In this document: in pieces, positions 39,297 through 51,160 of the stretch
How positions within the stretch are numbered: the first letter of the stretch is position 1
Layout: each line of letters opens with the position of its first letter
DNA from: Eledone cirrhosa
Lineage: Eukaryota
DNA length: 64,000 nucleotides
Assembly: GCA_964016885.1 (NCBI GenBank)
Contig: OZ024742.1
Location: 151,838,001-151,902,000 of the forward strand
Direction: 5' to 3'
Notes under the pieces: model-generated
Seen by the model: the letters and a program-made list of their open reading frames with translations, nothing else
Database searches by the model: none
What the model was told of the DNA's origin: nothing
Translations under genes and position numbers: made by a program

Positions 39297-41542
39297 TCAA
39301 CCTCTCAAAGACACCTCTAACCAACACACAAATCAACATTTTAAGTAAGGGCCTGAAATTTACACCTACACCACGTAAACCAAACTTCCCCGAAATGAAG
39401 GATGACATCATGGAATACTGCCGAAAGCTGCGACTAACGGAATTCTTCCACAACGACACCAACACTGAAGACGAATCACTGGTTAGAAATAAAAGCAATT
39501 TCTGCCCACAAAAGGGAAGAAATAAAGCACTGGACACGTACTGCGAACACATCACCAACTTTCCCTATGAAACAATTACAAATAAACACACGAAATCAAA
39601 CCTATCTACACACGAATGGGAAGAATTATTCACACTTAGAAACAACCCTGAGATAACTATCAAAGAAGCCGATAAAGGCAGTACTGTTGTGATTATGAAT
39701 ACGGACTACTATAGGACCCTCGCACTTAACATTTTAGAAAACAACACATACTATGAAAAAACAGAAAACTACAAACACACCAAAACAATGGGGAACCTTT
39801 TGACCTTACTGAATAAATACCGCAACAGCTTAACCACAAAAGAGTTTAACTATATAAGCCACTTCAAATGCAATACAAGCTCTTTTTACGGCTTACCGAA
39901 ACTTCACAAATGTAAACCCATAAACGATGCATGTGACACCTCAACCAACAATTACATTGAACTAACACCACCAGAAGACCTAAAACTCAGGCCAATTATA
40001 GCAGGCCCTACATGTGAAACCCACAGACTTAGCAACTTTCTGGACATCCTACTGAAACCCTTTCTACAACATATACAGAGCTACATACGAGATGACCTTG
40101 ACATGCTGAAACACCTCCCTAAAACAGTAAGTGCAAATACAATTCTTGTCTCCTTTGACGTAATAAACCTCTACACAAACATACCCCACAACTATGGAAT
40201 AACAGCAGTCCAATACTGGCTTAACACACACCCATCAGAAATACCGACACGCATCAACACAGATTTTATCACTGACGGACTCCGCTTTATCCTACAAAAT
40301 AACTACTTCACGTTCAATGGTTCAACATACAGACAAGTATCAGGTACGGCAATGGGCACGAAAGTAGCACCCACATATGCCAACCTAGTCATGGGATTCC
40401 ATGAACAACAAATATACAGTCAGTCCCTTCTCTTATTTGGAGACTCTTTCCACACACACCTCAAAGCCAATTGGAAAAGATATCTAGACGACTGCTTTAT
40501 CCTATGGCAAGAAGACATGAACTCACTTACTACGTTTAAAAACATGATAAACAACATAGATAATAACATACAATTCACAATGGAATCCAATCCTAAGGAA
40601 TTAGCCTTCTTGGATATTCTCATCTCTGTAATAGACGGGAAATTAGATACAGATATATTCTATAAACCCACAGATTCCAAGCAATACCTCTTTTTCACAT
40701 CAAGTCACCCAAAACATACAAAACTTAACATTCCTTACAATTTGGCCAAACGTATATGTACCATAGTATCAGATCCACCTAAACGGGAGCAAAGACTAAA
40801 GGAACTAAAAGACACCCTTATCTTAAGAGCCTTTCCACTTGAAATAATCAACAATGGAATAGACAGGGCAAAACACCTAAATCCCCATCAACTTAACAAT
40901 CCAAAACAGAAAACCACACTCAACACCCTGCCATATGTATCCACTTTCAACCCCAGAAATACCGAAATGTTTGATCACCTACACAAAAACCTCCCCATCC
41001 TACTTAAAGATGTAAAAATGAAGTCTATTCTTGAAACACACAAGATCCTTAAAAGTAAAAGACAACCCAAATCACTTAAACGCATTCTCACTGGACCAAA
41101 TATACCCAAACCAATCCTCAACCCTACAGTTACCAAATGTGGTAGAACAAACTGTGGAACGTGCCTCTACCTCACTGAAGGACAAACATTTACATTCAAA
41201 GATGGCCAAACATTTACAGTAAAAAACAATTTCACCTGCAACTCGGAGAACTTGATTTACGCAATAACTTGCGGTGGGTGCAAACACAACTACATAGGAC
41301 AGACGGGCACCTCATTACGCAAAAGAATGACCATCCACCGCCAACAAATCCGGGACGCTAACACAAGAAAAATCCCCTTGAGCAGCCATATTGCGAACTG
41401 CGCAGGAATGACACTACCCAACTTTAAAATCTTCCCCTTCTACAAGTGCTCAGATTCGTTCACACAACAACAAAGAATAAACAAAGAAAATCTATTCCTT
41501 AACAAATTTAAACCAAAACTAAACGGGTTATCACCCCAATAG
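39266..41542 (+). CDS. Neptune RT, Cys linker and GIY-YIG endonuclease (758 aa; possibly made as an ORF1 fusion)
   Basis: IINLS, LSKGLKFTPTP, ADKG, LRPII, FDVINLYTNIP, GTAMGTKVAP, YLDD, CGRTNCGTC, LIYAITC..YIGQT, LN. Confidence 0.93.
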   Translation: MAPPQEKPKIINLSKTPLTNTQINILSKGLKFTPTPRKPNFPEMKDDIMEYCRKLRLTEFFHNDTNTEDESLVRNKSNFCPQKGRNKALDTYCEHITNFPYETITNKHTKSNLSTHEWEELFTLRNNPEITIKEADKGSTVVIMNTDYYRTLALNILENNTYYEKTENYKHTKTMGNLLTLLNKYRNSLTTKEFNYISHFKCNTSSFYGLPKLHKCKPINDACDTSTNNYIELTPPEDLKLRPIIAGPTCETHRLSNFLDILLKPFLQHIQSYIRDDLDMLKHLPKTVSANTILVSFDVINLYTNIPHNYGITAVQYWLNTHPSEIPTRINTDFITDGLRFILQNNYFTFNGSTYRQVSGTAMGTKVAPTYANLVMGFHEQQIYSQSLLLFGDSFHTHLKANWKRYLDDCFILWQEDMNSLTTFKNMINNIDNNIQFTMESNPKELAFLDILISVIDGKLDTDIFYKPTDSKQYLFFTSSHPKHTKLNIPYNLAKRICTIVSDPPKREQRLKELKDTLILRAFPLEIINNGIDRAKHLNPHQLNNPKQKTTLNTLPYVSTFNPRNTEMFDHLHKNLPILLKDVKMKSILETHKILKSKRQPKSLKRILTGPNIPKPILNPTVTKCGRTNCGTCLYLTEGQTFTFKDGQTFTVKNNFTCNSENLIYAITCGGCKHNYIGQTGTSLRKRMTIHRQQIRDANTRKIPLSSHIANCAGMTLPNFKIFPFYKCSDSFTQQQRINKENLFLNKFKPKLNGLSPQ

Positions 41543-42141
41543 AATTGTCATAAAATATAAACACACATACGCACGGAATCACTACTATTAAAGACCAGAG
41601 ACCAATTCTGTAGAATCAGGTTTATTCATTGACAGACCATGCCTTTGTGTGACCAACACATCCATGTTAAACCCTGCACGTGCACACACGTATATCTATA
41701 TATATATGCGCACACAGAATTATTTTAATTTCACTGCCCCAACTTCTTATATTATGGAAAAAATATGTCTGTATGTATATATATGTATATATATTTGAAG
41801 GCCATTTCTCTGTGTGTGGGTGTATGTATGTGTGTGTGTGTGTGAGTATGTGTGTGCATGTGGATGTATGTATTGTGTGTGCGTGTGTGTGTGTGTGTGT
41901 GTGTATGTATGTGGGTATCTGGATGTATGCGTATGTGTATATGTATATATATATGCATGTGTGTGTGTGTGTGTGTGTATATATATGTGTGTGTATGTGT
42001 GTATATATATGTGTGTGTGTGTGTGTGTATGTTTGTATGTGTGTATGTATATATATATGTGTGTGTGTATGTATGTGTGGGGGTGTGTGTGTGTGTGTGT
42101 GTATGTATGTGTGTATCTGGATGTATGTGTATGTATATATA

Positions 42142-42196
<55 letters not shown>

Positions 42197-42590
42197 ATGT
42201 GTATATATATGTGTGTGTGTGTGTATGTGTGTATGTATATGTATGTGTGTGTGTATGTATGTGTGTATATGTATATATATATATATATTATATATATATA
42301 TATATATATGTATATGTATGTGTGTGTATGTGTGGATGAAGGTATGTGTGTGTATATTGCTTCCACCCCCTCACTGACCAGCAGCTGGCTATTGCTAAAT
42401 CTGACCTTTATAAAATAACCCACACCCCAAATAACTTCTCATTCACTACCAGAAAGGGACACAGCAGTCAACCTGTTGTTGCTACCTAGATGAAAACTGC
42501 TATGAAATCCCACAATGAATTTTATACTTGAATTTTCAAGTCTCAAATTTTAACTCTTCGTATTATTAATTTTTCTTAATATTAATCAAC

Positions 42591-42632
42591 ATTTGAAAAG
42601 ATGGCTTTTGCAGACCCATCGAAACCGGTCAT
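42591..42632 (+). ncRNA. HHR, U3-A8 variant
   Basis: Same motif as 37817-37858. Confidence 0.7.
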
Positions 42633-42739
42633 TTTTTATACCCTTTATTATTTCCTTACCTTATAAAATTATGTTTTTTCACAAAAAAGTATTCTGTCTC
42701 TTATATATTCCATGTGCCATTACCAACCTCAATTTTCTC

Positions 42740-42770
<31 letters not shown>

Positions 42771-42771
42771 T

Positions 42772-43732
42772 TATATATAAATGAAAGGTATAGAAAATAT
42801 TGTAGCAAAAAGCCAACAGTATTCAATAATATAAGTGACTATAGCGTCAAAATGGGAAAAATAGTTAACGTAAGATGTGGGAAAAACAATTCAAGCTCAA
42901 CTCAAAAAGAATCAGGATATAGATTCATCCAACAGAATTTAGTGAAATCCAGGGAAAAATCAATAGACCCTTAACTCATGATAAAATAAAGTTTAAAATA
43001 CTCAGCCTTCAATCTGGAAAAACTTCAAATGCTCTGTATAGTCTTGAAGACTATTTCACAAAAACTTTCAGTGGAGATGATGACGGTTGAAACCGATCCT
43101 CAGCAGAGCTCAACTCGATAACCAAAATTTCTCACTGATTAATATGCCAAAAAGGGAATTTAAAAGCAGGCTAGTTCACCATCATGCGTGATTATGAAAA
43201 TAAAACGCACATATGGAAAGACAGGGCTGGTGACGTCAGAATGAGACGAATGTTTGTTTACAAGAAACAACAGTCAAAAACATATCGAAAAAACTCTACA
43301 ATAAGGAGTTCAGCAAAAAGTAATATTATCGCGGTTTTTTCATATAAAAATACCGGGATTAGTCACAAATAATTTAAGCACTCTAGGAAAGAAATCCGAG
43401 TATATATAAATGAAAGGTATAGAACATATTGTAGCAAAAGCCAACAGTATTCCATAATATATAAGTGACTATAGCGTCAAAATGGGAAAATAGTTAACGT
43501 AAGATGTGGGAAAAATAATTCAAACTCAACTCAAAAAGAATCAAGATATAGATTCATCCAACAGAATTTAGTGAAATCCAGGGAAAAATCAATAGAGCCT
43601 TAACTCATGATAAAATAAAGTTTAAAATGTACATCCTTCAATTTGTAAAACTTTAAATGCTCTGTATAGTCCTGAAGACTATTTCACGAAAACTTTCAGT
43701 GGAGATGGTCACCGTTGGAAGTCGATCCTCAT
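42772..43732. repeat. Non-coding tandem unit of about 630 bp (about 1.5 copies)
   Basis: tatataaatgaaaggtatagaa...gatcctca at about 42772-43101 and 43402-43731. Confidence 0.8.
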
Positions 43733-43737
43733 ATATA

Positions 43738-43799
<62 letters not shown>

Positions 43800-44431
43800 G
43801 TTTTAATATAGATGACATTCTACAGGACTAGAACTGTTTCATTCTTTAGAAATCATCAGGAATCTGGGTATCAAAAAATAAATATGGTTTTTATAGGTCT
43901 CTACAAGTGGTAGGAGAGGGTGGGGAGTGGGATGGGTGTAGGTCATTGGTTGATAGAAAAGGAATTCATTAAAAGCTAATTCTACAAAGCTATAGTTTAT
44001 TTTTATTAATTTTTGTTTTTAGTAACAAAGGCAGACAGAATTCTATAAACAGGTTCCGGATGGCATACCATTCCTTGTCATTAAGTTTCTCTTAAGCTAA
44101 CAGATGTCTATAAGATCAGTGGGGGGTCAGTCATGGTAGATAGAAATAAAGGAAAGGGAGATTCTTCAAAAGCTAAATTCATTAAGGTTCTACCAAGTGA
44201 CAAAGGTTTAGAGAATTCTGTAGACAGATTCAAAATACTGAGTGCATATCTTACAATTATCTTCGAACTTCTCTTAAACTAATCAACTATATGCCAAAAA
44301 TCAACAGACACATTCACAAAAAAACACACTCACTCACACACTCGCGCGCAACCATAAACACACATACACATACACATATACACACATAAAAACACACACA
44401 CATATATAAATATATTTATATATATATATAT

Positions 44432-44508
<77 letters not shown>

Positions 44509-44706
44509 AACACACACACACATATATACACATATATATACACTCACACACATACATACATACACACAGATATACATGTGTATACAAATACATACATATA
44601 CACATACATATATATATATATATACACATATATATATATATATATATAATACATACATATACACACACATATATATATATATACATATACACACACATAC
44701 ACACAA

Positions 44707-44759
<53 letters not shown>

Positions 44760-45069
44760 AACAAATATATACATATACATACACACACACACACACACAT
44801 ACATATATATATACACACACACACATACACATATATAAGGAAAAAGCACCATACATACATATAGATATATATATATATATATATACACATATATATACAC
44901 ATATATATATATATATATATACAAATATACATATACACATATATATACACATACACACACACACAATATATATACACATATATACATATACACACACACA
45001 CATACATACACACATACACACATACATACATACATACATATACAAATATATATATACATATATACATAT

Positions 45070-45124
<55 letters not shown>

Positions 45125-45409
45125 CAAATAACGAAACGAAATTAAATTTCGTTTCGCTTCTAACTCACTTTTGTATGACTGACGCTTAAACAATTAAGTT
45201 AAAGTGTACATCTACATATGTATACGGAAGTATTAGTATGCATATAAATACACACATGTATACATATGTACATGTACTCAGCTTTTCACTAGACACTTTA
45301 CAGTGAGTGTCAGCTAGTCTGTATGTAACCACACAGACGGACCGGGTTTTAGAGTCATACGGGTTTTCAAGGAAACACATTTCCTCTATTCTCCAGAGGG
45401 CCAGACAGG

Positions 45410-45454
45410 AATATTGGACTAGTTTCGATGTTATTACATCTCATCAGCAATATT
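45410..45454 (-). ncRNA. Canonical minimal type I HHR
   Basis: Reverse complement of 46083-46127. Confidence 0.9.
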
Positions 45455-46082
45455 TACCCATCTTCCGGCTTCTCTTGAGAATTGTAAAAGCACATATCGT
45501 TATATGCTTTTTCTATGAAAATTATTAGTGGGTAGACTAATTTGCATAGAACGTGAGTCATTGTACGCACCGGTTCAGCGGAAACGATAAAAACAAATAA
45601 CGAAACGAAATTAAATTTCGTTTCGCTTCTAACTCACTTTTGTATGACTGACGCTTAAACTGTCTGGCCCTCTGGAGAATAGAGGAAATGTGTTTCCTTG
45701 AAAACCCGTATGACTCTAAAACCCGGTCCGTCTGTGTGGTTACATACAGACTAGCTGACACTCACTGTAAAGTGTCTAGTGAAAAGCTGAGTACATGTAC
45801 ATATGTATACATGTGTCTATTTATATGCATACTAATACTTCCGTATACATATGTAGATGTACACTTTAACTTAATTGTTTAAGCGTCAGTCATACAAAAG
45901 TGAGTTAGAAGCGAAACGAAATTTAATTTCGTTTCGTTATTTGTTTTTATCGTTTCCGCTGAACCGGTGCGTACAATGACTCACGTTCTATGCAAATTAG
46001 TCTACCCACTACTAATTTTCATAGAAAAAGCATATAACGATATGTGCTTTTACAATTCTCCAGAGAAGCCAGAAGATGGGTA

Positions 46083-46127
46083 AATATTGCTGATGAGATG
46101 TAATAACATCGAAACTAGTCCAATATT
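46083..46127 (+). ncRNA. Canonical minimal type I HHR
   Basis: aatattg-CTGATGA-gatgt aata acatc-GAAA-ctag-TC-caatatt. Confidence 0.92.
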
Positions 46128-46373
46128 CCTGTCTGGCCCTCTGGAGAATAGAGGAAATGTGTTTCCTTGAAAACCCGTATGACTCTAAAACCCGGTCCGT
46201 CTGTGTGGTTACATACAGACTAGCTGACACTCACTGTAAAGTGTCTAGTGAAAAGCTGAGTACATGTACATATGTATACATGTGTGTATTTATATGCATA
46301 CTAATACTTCCGTATACATATGTAGATGTACACTTTAACTTAATTATATATATATACATACACATATATATAT

Positions 46374-46404
<31 letters not shown>

Positions 46405-46759
46405 CATACACATATATACATATACATACAAAAATTAATAAAAATAAACTATAGCTTTGTAGAATTAGCTTTTAATGAATTCCTTTTCTATCAACCAATG
46501 ACCTACACCCATCCCACTCCCCACCCTCTCCTACCACTTGTAGAGACCTATAAAAACCATATTTATTTTTTGATACCCAGATTCCTGATGATTTCTAAAG
46601 AATGAAACAGTTCTAGTCCTGTAGAATCTCATCTATATTAACACTTTTATACTCTGCAATGTATTGAGTACCTTACTTACTGTGTTTACCTCCGATTCAA
46701 CCCGGAATAACGAACTTTTTAGCACTCTCTGTGCCCCTTATAACCATCATCAAGAAACC

Positions 46760-48908
46760 ATGCTGACCAAACTCGACCTTGATATTTCCTTGAAGAACAT
46801 CCCTATCCCTCCAAGGAAACTATACTTAAAAACACTCATCAGACGTACCGACGAGTTCATCAAGCGAATTAGATGGAGGGCCTTCTTCCTCGACAACCCT
46901 GATGTAGCATCTACCAATGATGAAAAGTTCGGCTTCAAAACGAATAAGACACCACCCACCAACAGCCTACTCCAACCATTTGAAGAAGACCTCTTCAAGA
47001 TGATCAAGGATATTAAATTCCGTAGAGCCACCACACCATTCCAGGCCTACTTAAATGCCGAATTACGGAATATAAAAAAATCCCCTAATCTTTATGTCTC
47101 CTCCGATAAAACCAAAAACGTTTATGAGGTAGACCCACAGACCTACAATAAGCTGGCAAAAAATACCATCACGACCACCTACAAAAAGGTAATAGAGAGG
47201 GCACTGACTGAGACAAACGCGGCCGGAAAAGAAATCGCCAAGTCCCTTAAATTACACGACCGAACCGAACCTTTAAGGGTAAAGACCCCGCACTTTACCC
47301 TGAAGGACCATAAGGGAAACTTCCTCAACAAACCATCAGTCAGACTTATCAACCCCACTCGTTCTGACATCGGCTCTATCAGTAAGAAGATCCTGGATAG
47401 AGTTCTACCATCATTGCGGGCAGCCTCACCACTTCCACTCTGGAGCAGAACATCTGAGGCAATATCATGGTTCCAAAAATTACCCGACAAACACCACACT
47501 CGCTTCCTGCAACTCGACATAGAAAACTACTATGCCTCTATCTCGGAGCCCCTCCTGAAGGACGCAATTAACTGTGCCAGGAATTTTACCACCATTACCG
47601 ATGCTAAGCAAGTTGTTATCCTCCACGCTCGTAAGACCTTTCTATACCACGATGGATCTTACTGGATCAACAAGAAATCTCAGACCCCATTTGACGGAAG
47701 CATGGGGGCGAGTGACTCGGCTGAAATTAGCGACCTTGTGGGCCTATACATCCTACATCACCTGAAGAACCTCTTTACCGGCCTAACGGGAGGTTTATAC
47801 CGAGACGACGGCCTCTTCGCCCTGCATAAGGTTAACCCCAGAACCACCGATGGGTTTCGGAAAAACTTAAGCTCTTTCTTCTCTAATCTAGGATTTAGTA
47901 TAACTATAGAATCTAATTTGACTAGGGCCAACTTCTTAGATGTCACTCTCGACCTAGATACTTCCCTCTATTACCCGTACCACAAACCTAACGAACGAGT
48001 CCCTTAAATATATTAATGTTAATTCAAACCACCCCCAAAACAACACTGATAACCTAGTAAAAAGCGTCTCTATTAGAATATCTGGCCTCTCCGCCAACAA
48101 AGATATTTTTAATGCATCTGCCTCTTACTACAATGACGCCCTCGCCCGTAGCGGATTTAAAGATAAGATAACTTACCTAGAAACCACCGCAAGATTGCAG
48201 AGGAGGAATAGACATAGGCAGATTAGCTGGTACAACCCTCCATTCAATAGAGAGGTATCTACTCCGATAGCTAGGATTTTCTTCACTTTGCTGAAATTAC
48301 ACTTCCCCATACAACATAGGTACCACACCATCTTTAATAAGAACACAATAAGACTGTCTTACTCCACCACACCTAACCTAGCTAGGAATATAGCCAACCA
48401 CAATTCTAAAAAATTAAATAAGCCAACCACCTCCGAACCCAATCCCCGGACTGGGGCTCTATGTAATTGCCTAAATAAGGAAGCATGCCCACTTGAAAAC
48501 AAATGCCTCACAAATGATATCGTATACAAATGCGATGTCATCTCAGGCACCGAGGATTGCAAAAAAACTTATATCGGCATGACCTCCAACAACTTTAAGA
48601 CCCGTTGGTATGCCCATACCCACTCCTTCAGGGGACCGGACAAATAAAATCAGACAACACTCGCCTCCTACGTTTGGGACCTCAAAAGGAACTCCACCCC
48701 CTTCACGCGTAAATGGAAAATACTCCAGAAAGCGCGCTCTTACAACGGAGGATACAAGGGCTGCGACCTTTGTATTTCAGAGAGCTACGAAATTTTATTC
48801 GCCAAGGGCCCGCTACTGAACAAACTCTCTGAACACTGCCCGAACTGCATGCACAAGAACTTTGCAACTTTCAAACACTTTAAGCCAGTGTTAAAGCCCG
48901 ATGGCTAA
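46760..48908 (+). pseudogene. Naiad RT-GIY-YIG with a frameshift (about 48000) and a TAA stop (48645)
   Basis: SLKNIPIP, FIKRIRWRAFF, FGFK, SDKT, RLINP, DIENYY, MGASDSAE, YRDDG, FLDV, CNC..CPL, IVYKC..YIG. Confidence 0.9.
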
Positions 48909-49201
48909 AAACGACCTCCCCCTATTGGCCCCTATACCTCCTTCCCACCATACCCCCACTCTTCCTCAATCTGAAATACGGCCACTATGGTTATGTGAGT
49001 ACCTCTTTCCTATCTACATATTCTGCCTGTAGAGGTGTTTTTATGTGCCTGCGTATATGCGTATATTTATTGAGTACTTATTTATTTGTATGTGTATATA
49101 TTTGTGTGTATGTGTGTATATGTATGTGTATGTATATATATATATCTATGTGTGTATATGTGTTTTATGTGTGTATATTTATGTATGTATATATATGTAT
49201 A

Positions 49202-49290
<89 letters not shown>

Positions 49291-49340
49291 ATATATGTGT
49301 ATGTATGTGTATGTGTATATATATATGTGTGTGTGTGCAG

Positions 49341-49491
<151 letters not shown>

Positions 49492-50321
49492 CGTGAGAGA
49501 GAGTGGGTGTATATATATTTGTGTGTGTGTGTGTGTGTATGTGTGTATGCGTGTATATATATATATATATGTATATATGTTTGTATATATGTGTGTATAT
49601 GTATATATGTATATATATCTACAGAGAGGGAGCTTATAGATAGGACAACACACGCTGTCTCTTCGTGGGGTAAGTTTTTAATTAATTTTTGTATTCTGAA
49701 ACATCAAAATACAACAATTTGTTGGTTACTGGACTCGGGAATGTCACGACAGAAGTTTGTGGAAGTTACACAAATATTTTAGTATATTTTAGCAGAGCAA
49801 TCCTTATTTATATTTTACATTTACTTACATCTCAATATAACATGGCTAGAATTCAAATTTTGCTAAGAGAAGAAAACGGTCAAATGAACTAGATACATCT
49901 CACTGTCCACACCACCACAATAACGTCTACACTCTCTCCCCACCATCACATGTCATTACCATACCATACCCTATCGAGACTAAAGTCATCGACCTGTTGT
50001 CAAACTCTCTACTCTCTGATGAATGTATATATATATATGTATATGTGTGTGTATGTATGTGTGTGTATATACATCACTCAGTCAAACAACCAGATTTCAA
50101 CCCCAACATCTACAACAACAACAACACCGGCACTAATGTTTACAGCAACAACAGCTTCAGAATGAACTGAAATGAACATTTACAACAATTACAACAACAA
50201 CAACAACAGCGGCATCAAAACATAAAAAAAGGAAGGGAAAAGAAAAAAGAAAAGGGAAGGGGAAAAAAAAAAAAAAAAAAGGAGAAAAAAAGAAAGGAAA
50301 AAAAAAAAAACTCAAAATAAC

Positions 50322-50358
<37 letters not shown>

Positions 50359-50822
50359 CAGAACAACAACATCAACTGCCACCACCACCACCACCGCCAC
50401 CGCCGTCGCCATCACCATCACCAGCGACCTTAAGAACAACTTTAATAATAATTTTTCTGCTTTTGGCACGGATCCAGCGACTGGCCAGCGCATCACTGGT
50501 ACTCTCTTTTGTTGACTCCGTGGAGAGCCATAACTCTATGCTGTAAAGCAATTATAGTAATACTGGACTGTAATACGATCGGCTTCAACTATACAAACTC
50601 TTGAAAGTCAACAGTTGACATAATCTGGTAATCTTGTATCAGTAATGACGGTAATATATATATATATATGTGTGTGTGTGCGTGTAAGTGAGTAGAGTAG
50701 CGTGTGTGTGTGTTTGTTGTGTGTGTGAGTGTTGCTGTGTGCACGCACATGTATGCGTGTGTGTGTATGTCGTACGTATAAGTGTCAATAAGTAATTTTT
50801 TTTTTTTTTTTTTTTTTTTTTT

Positions 50823-51125
50823 GCGCGGGGACATAGAAATAATCGGGCTGGATGCCCGATCGCGCAGTTAAACCACTGGGAGTGAAGAACCCCTAGCCCA
50901 TGTCAGGGTATTCTTCTAGGAGAAGGCATCTCAGGAAACTGGGTTAACTCCGATATAAAACCTGCGGCTCAGTAGTTACCGATGATGTTGATCTTTTCTT
51001 CTTTTCGGGTTATAGCTACTGTCGCTCAGAGAGTGGGATTGGTTCAGTGCACAGTCTTTCCTCACTTTAAAAATATTCGTCACGCACAGGCATTGCACGA
51101 GTGCATTAATAATTATTAATAGTGT

Positions 51126-51160
<35 letters not shown>

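Larger units (their letters stand above)
45119..46346. mobile_element. Retrozyme-like 469-bp non-coding tandem unit in two divergent arms
   Basis: Plus arm 45661-46346 (unit restarts at 46130); minus arm 45119-45660; one HHR per unit. Confidence 0.8.

Noticed and set aside
46760-48908. Selenocysteine recoding, reported for some Naiad PLEs
   Set aside because: The interruptions seen are a frameshift and a TAA. I saw no in-frame TGA at Cys positions in this or the other Naiad fragments.
50555-50650. Minus-strand HHR-like motif (CTGATAC...GAAG ccgaTC)
   Set aside because: Too many core mismatches and a weak stem I.
50823-50960. HDV-like ribozyme at RTE 5' ends (also 1210-1380)
   Set aside because: Hairpins are present, but I could not assign the nested double pseudoknot by eye; needs a descriptor search.
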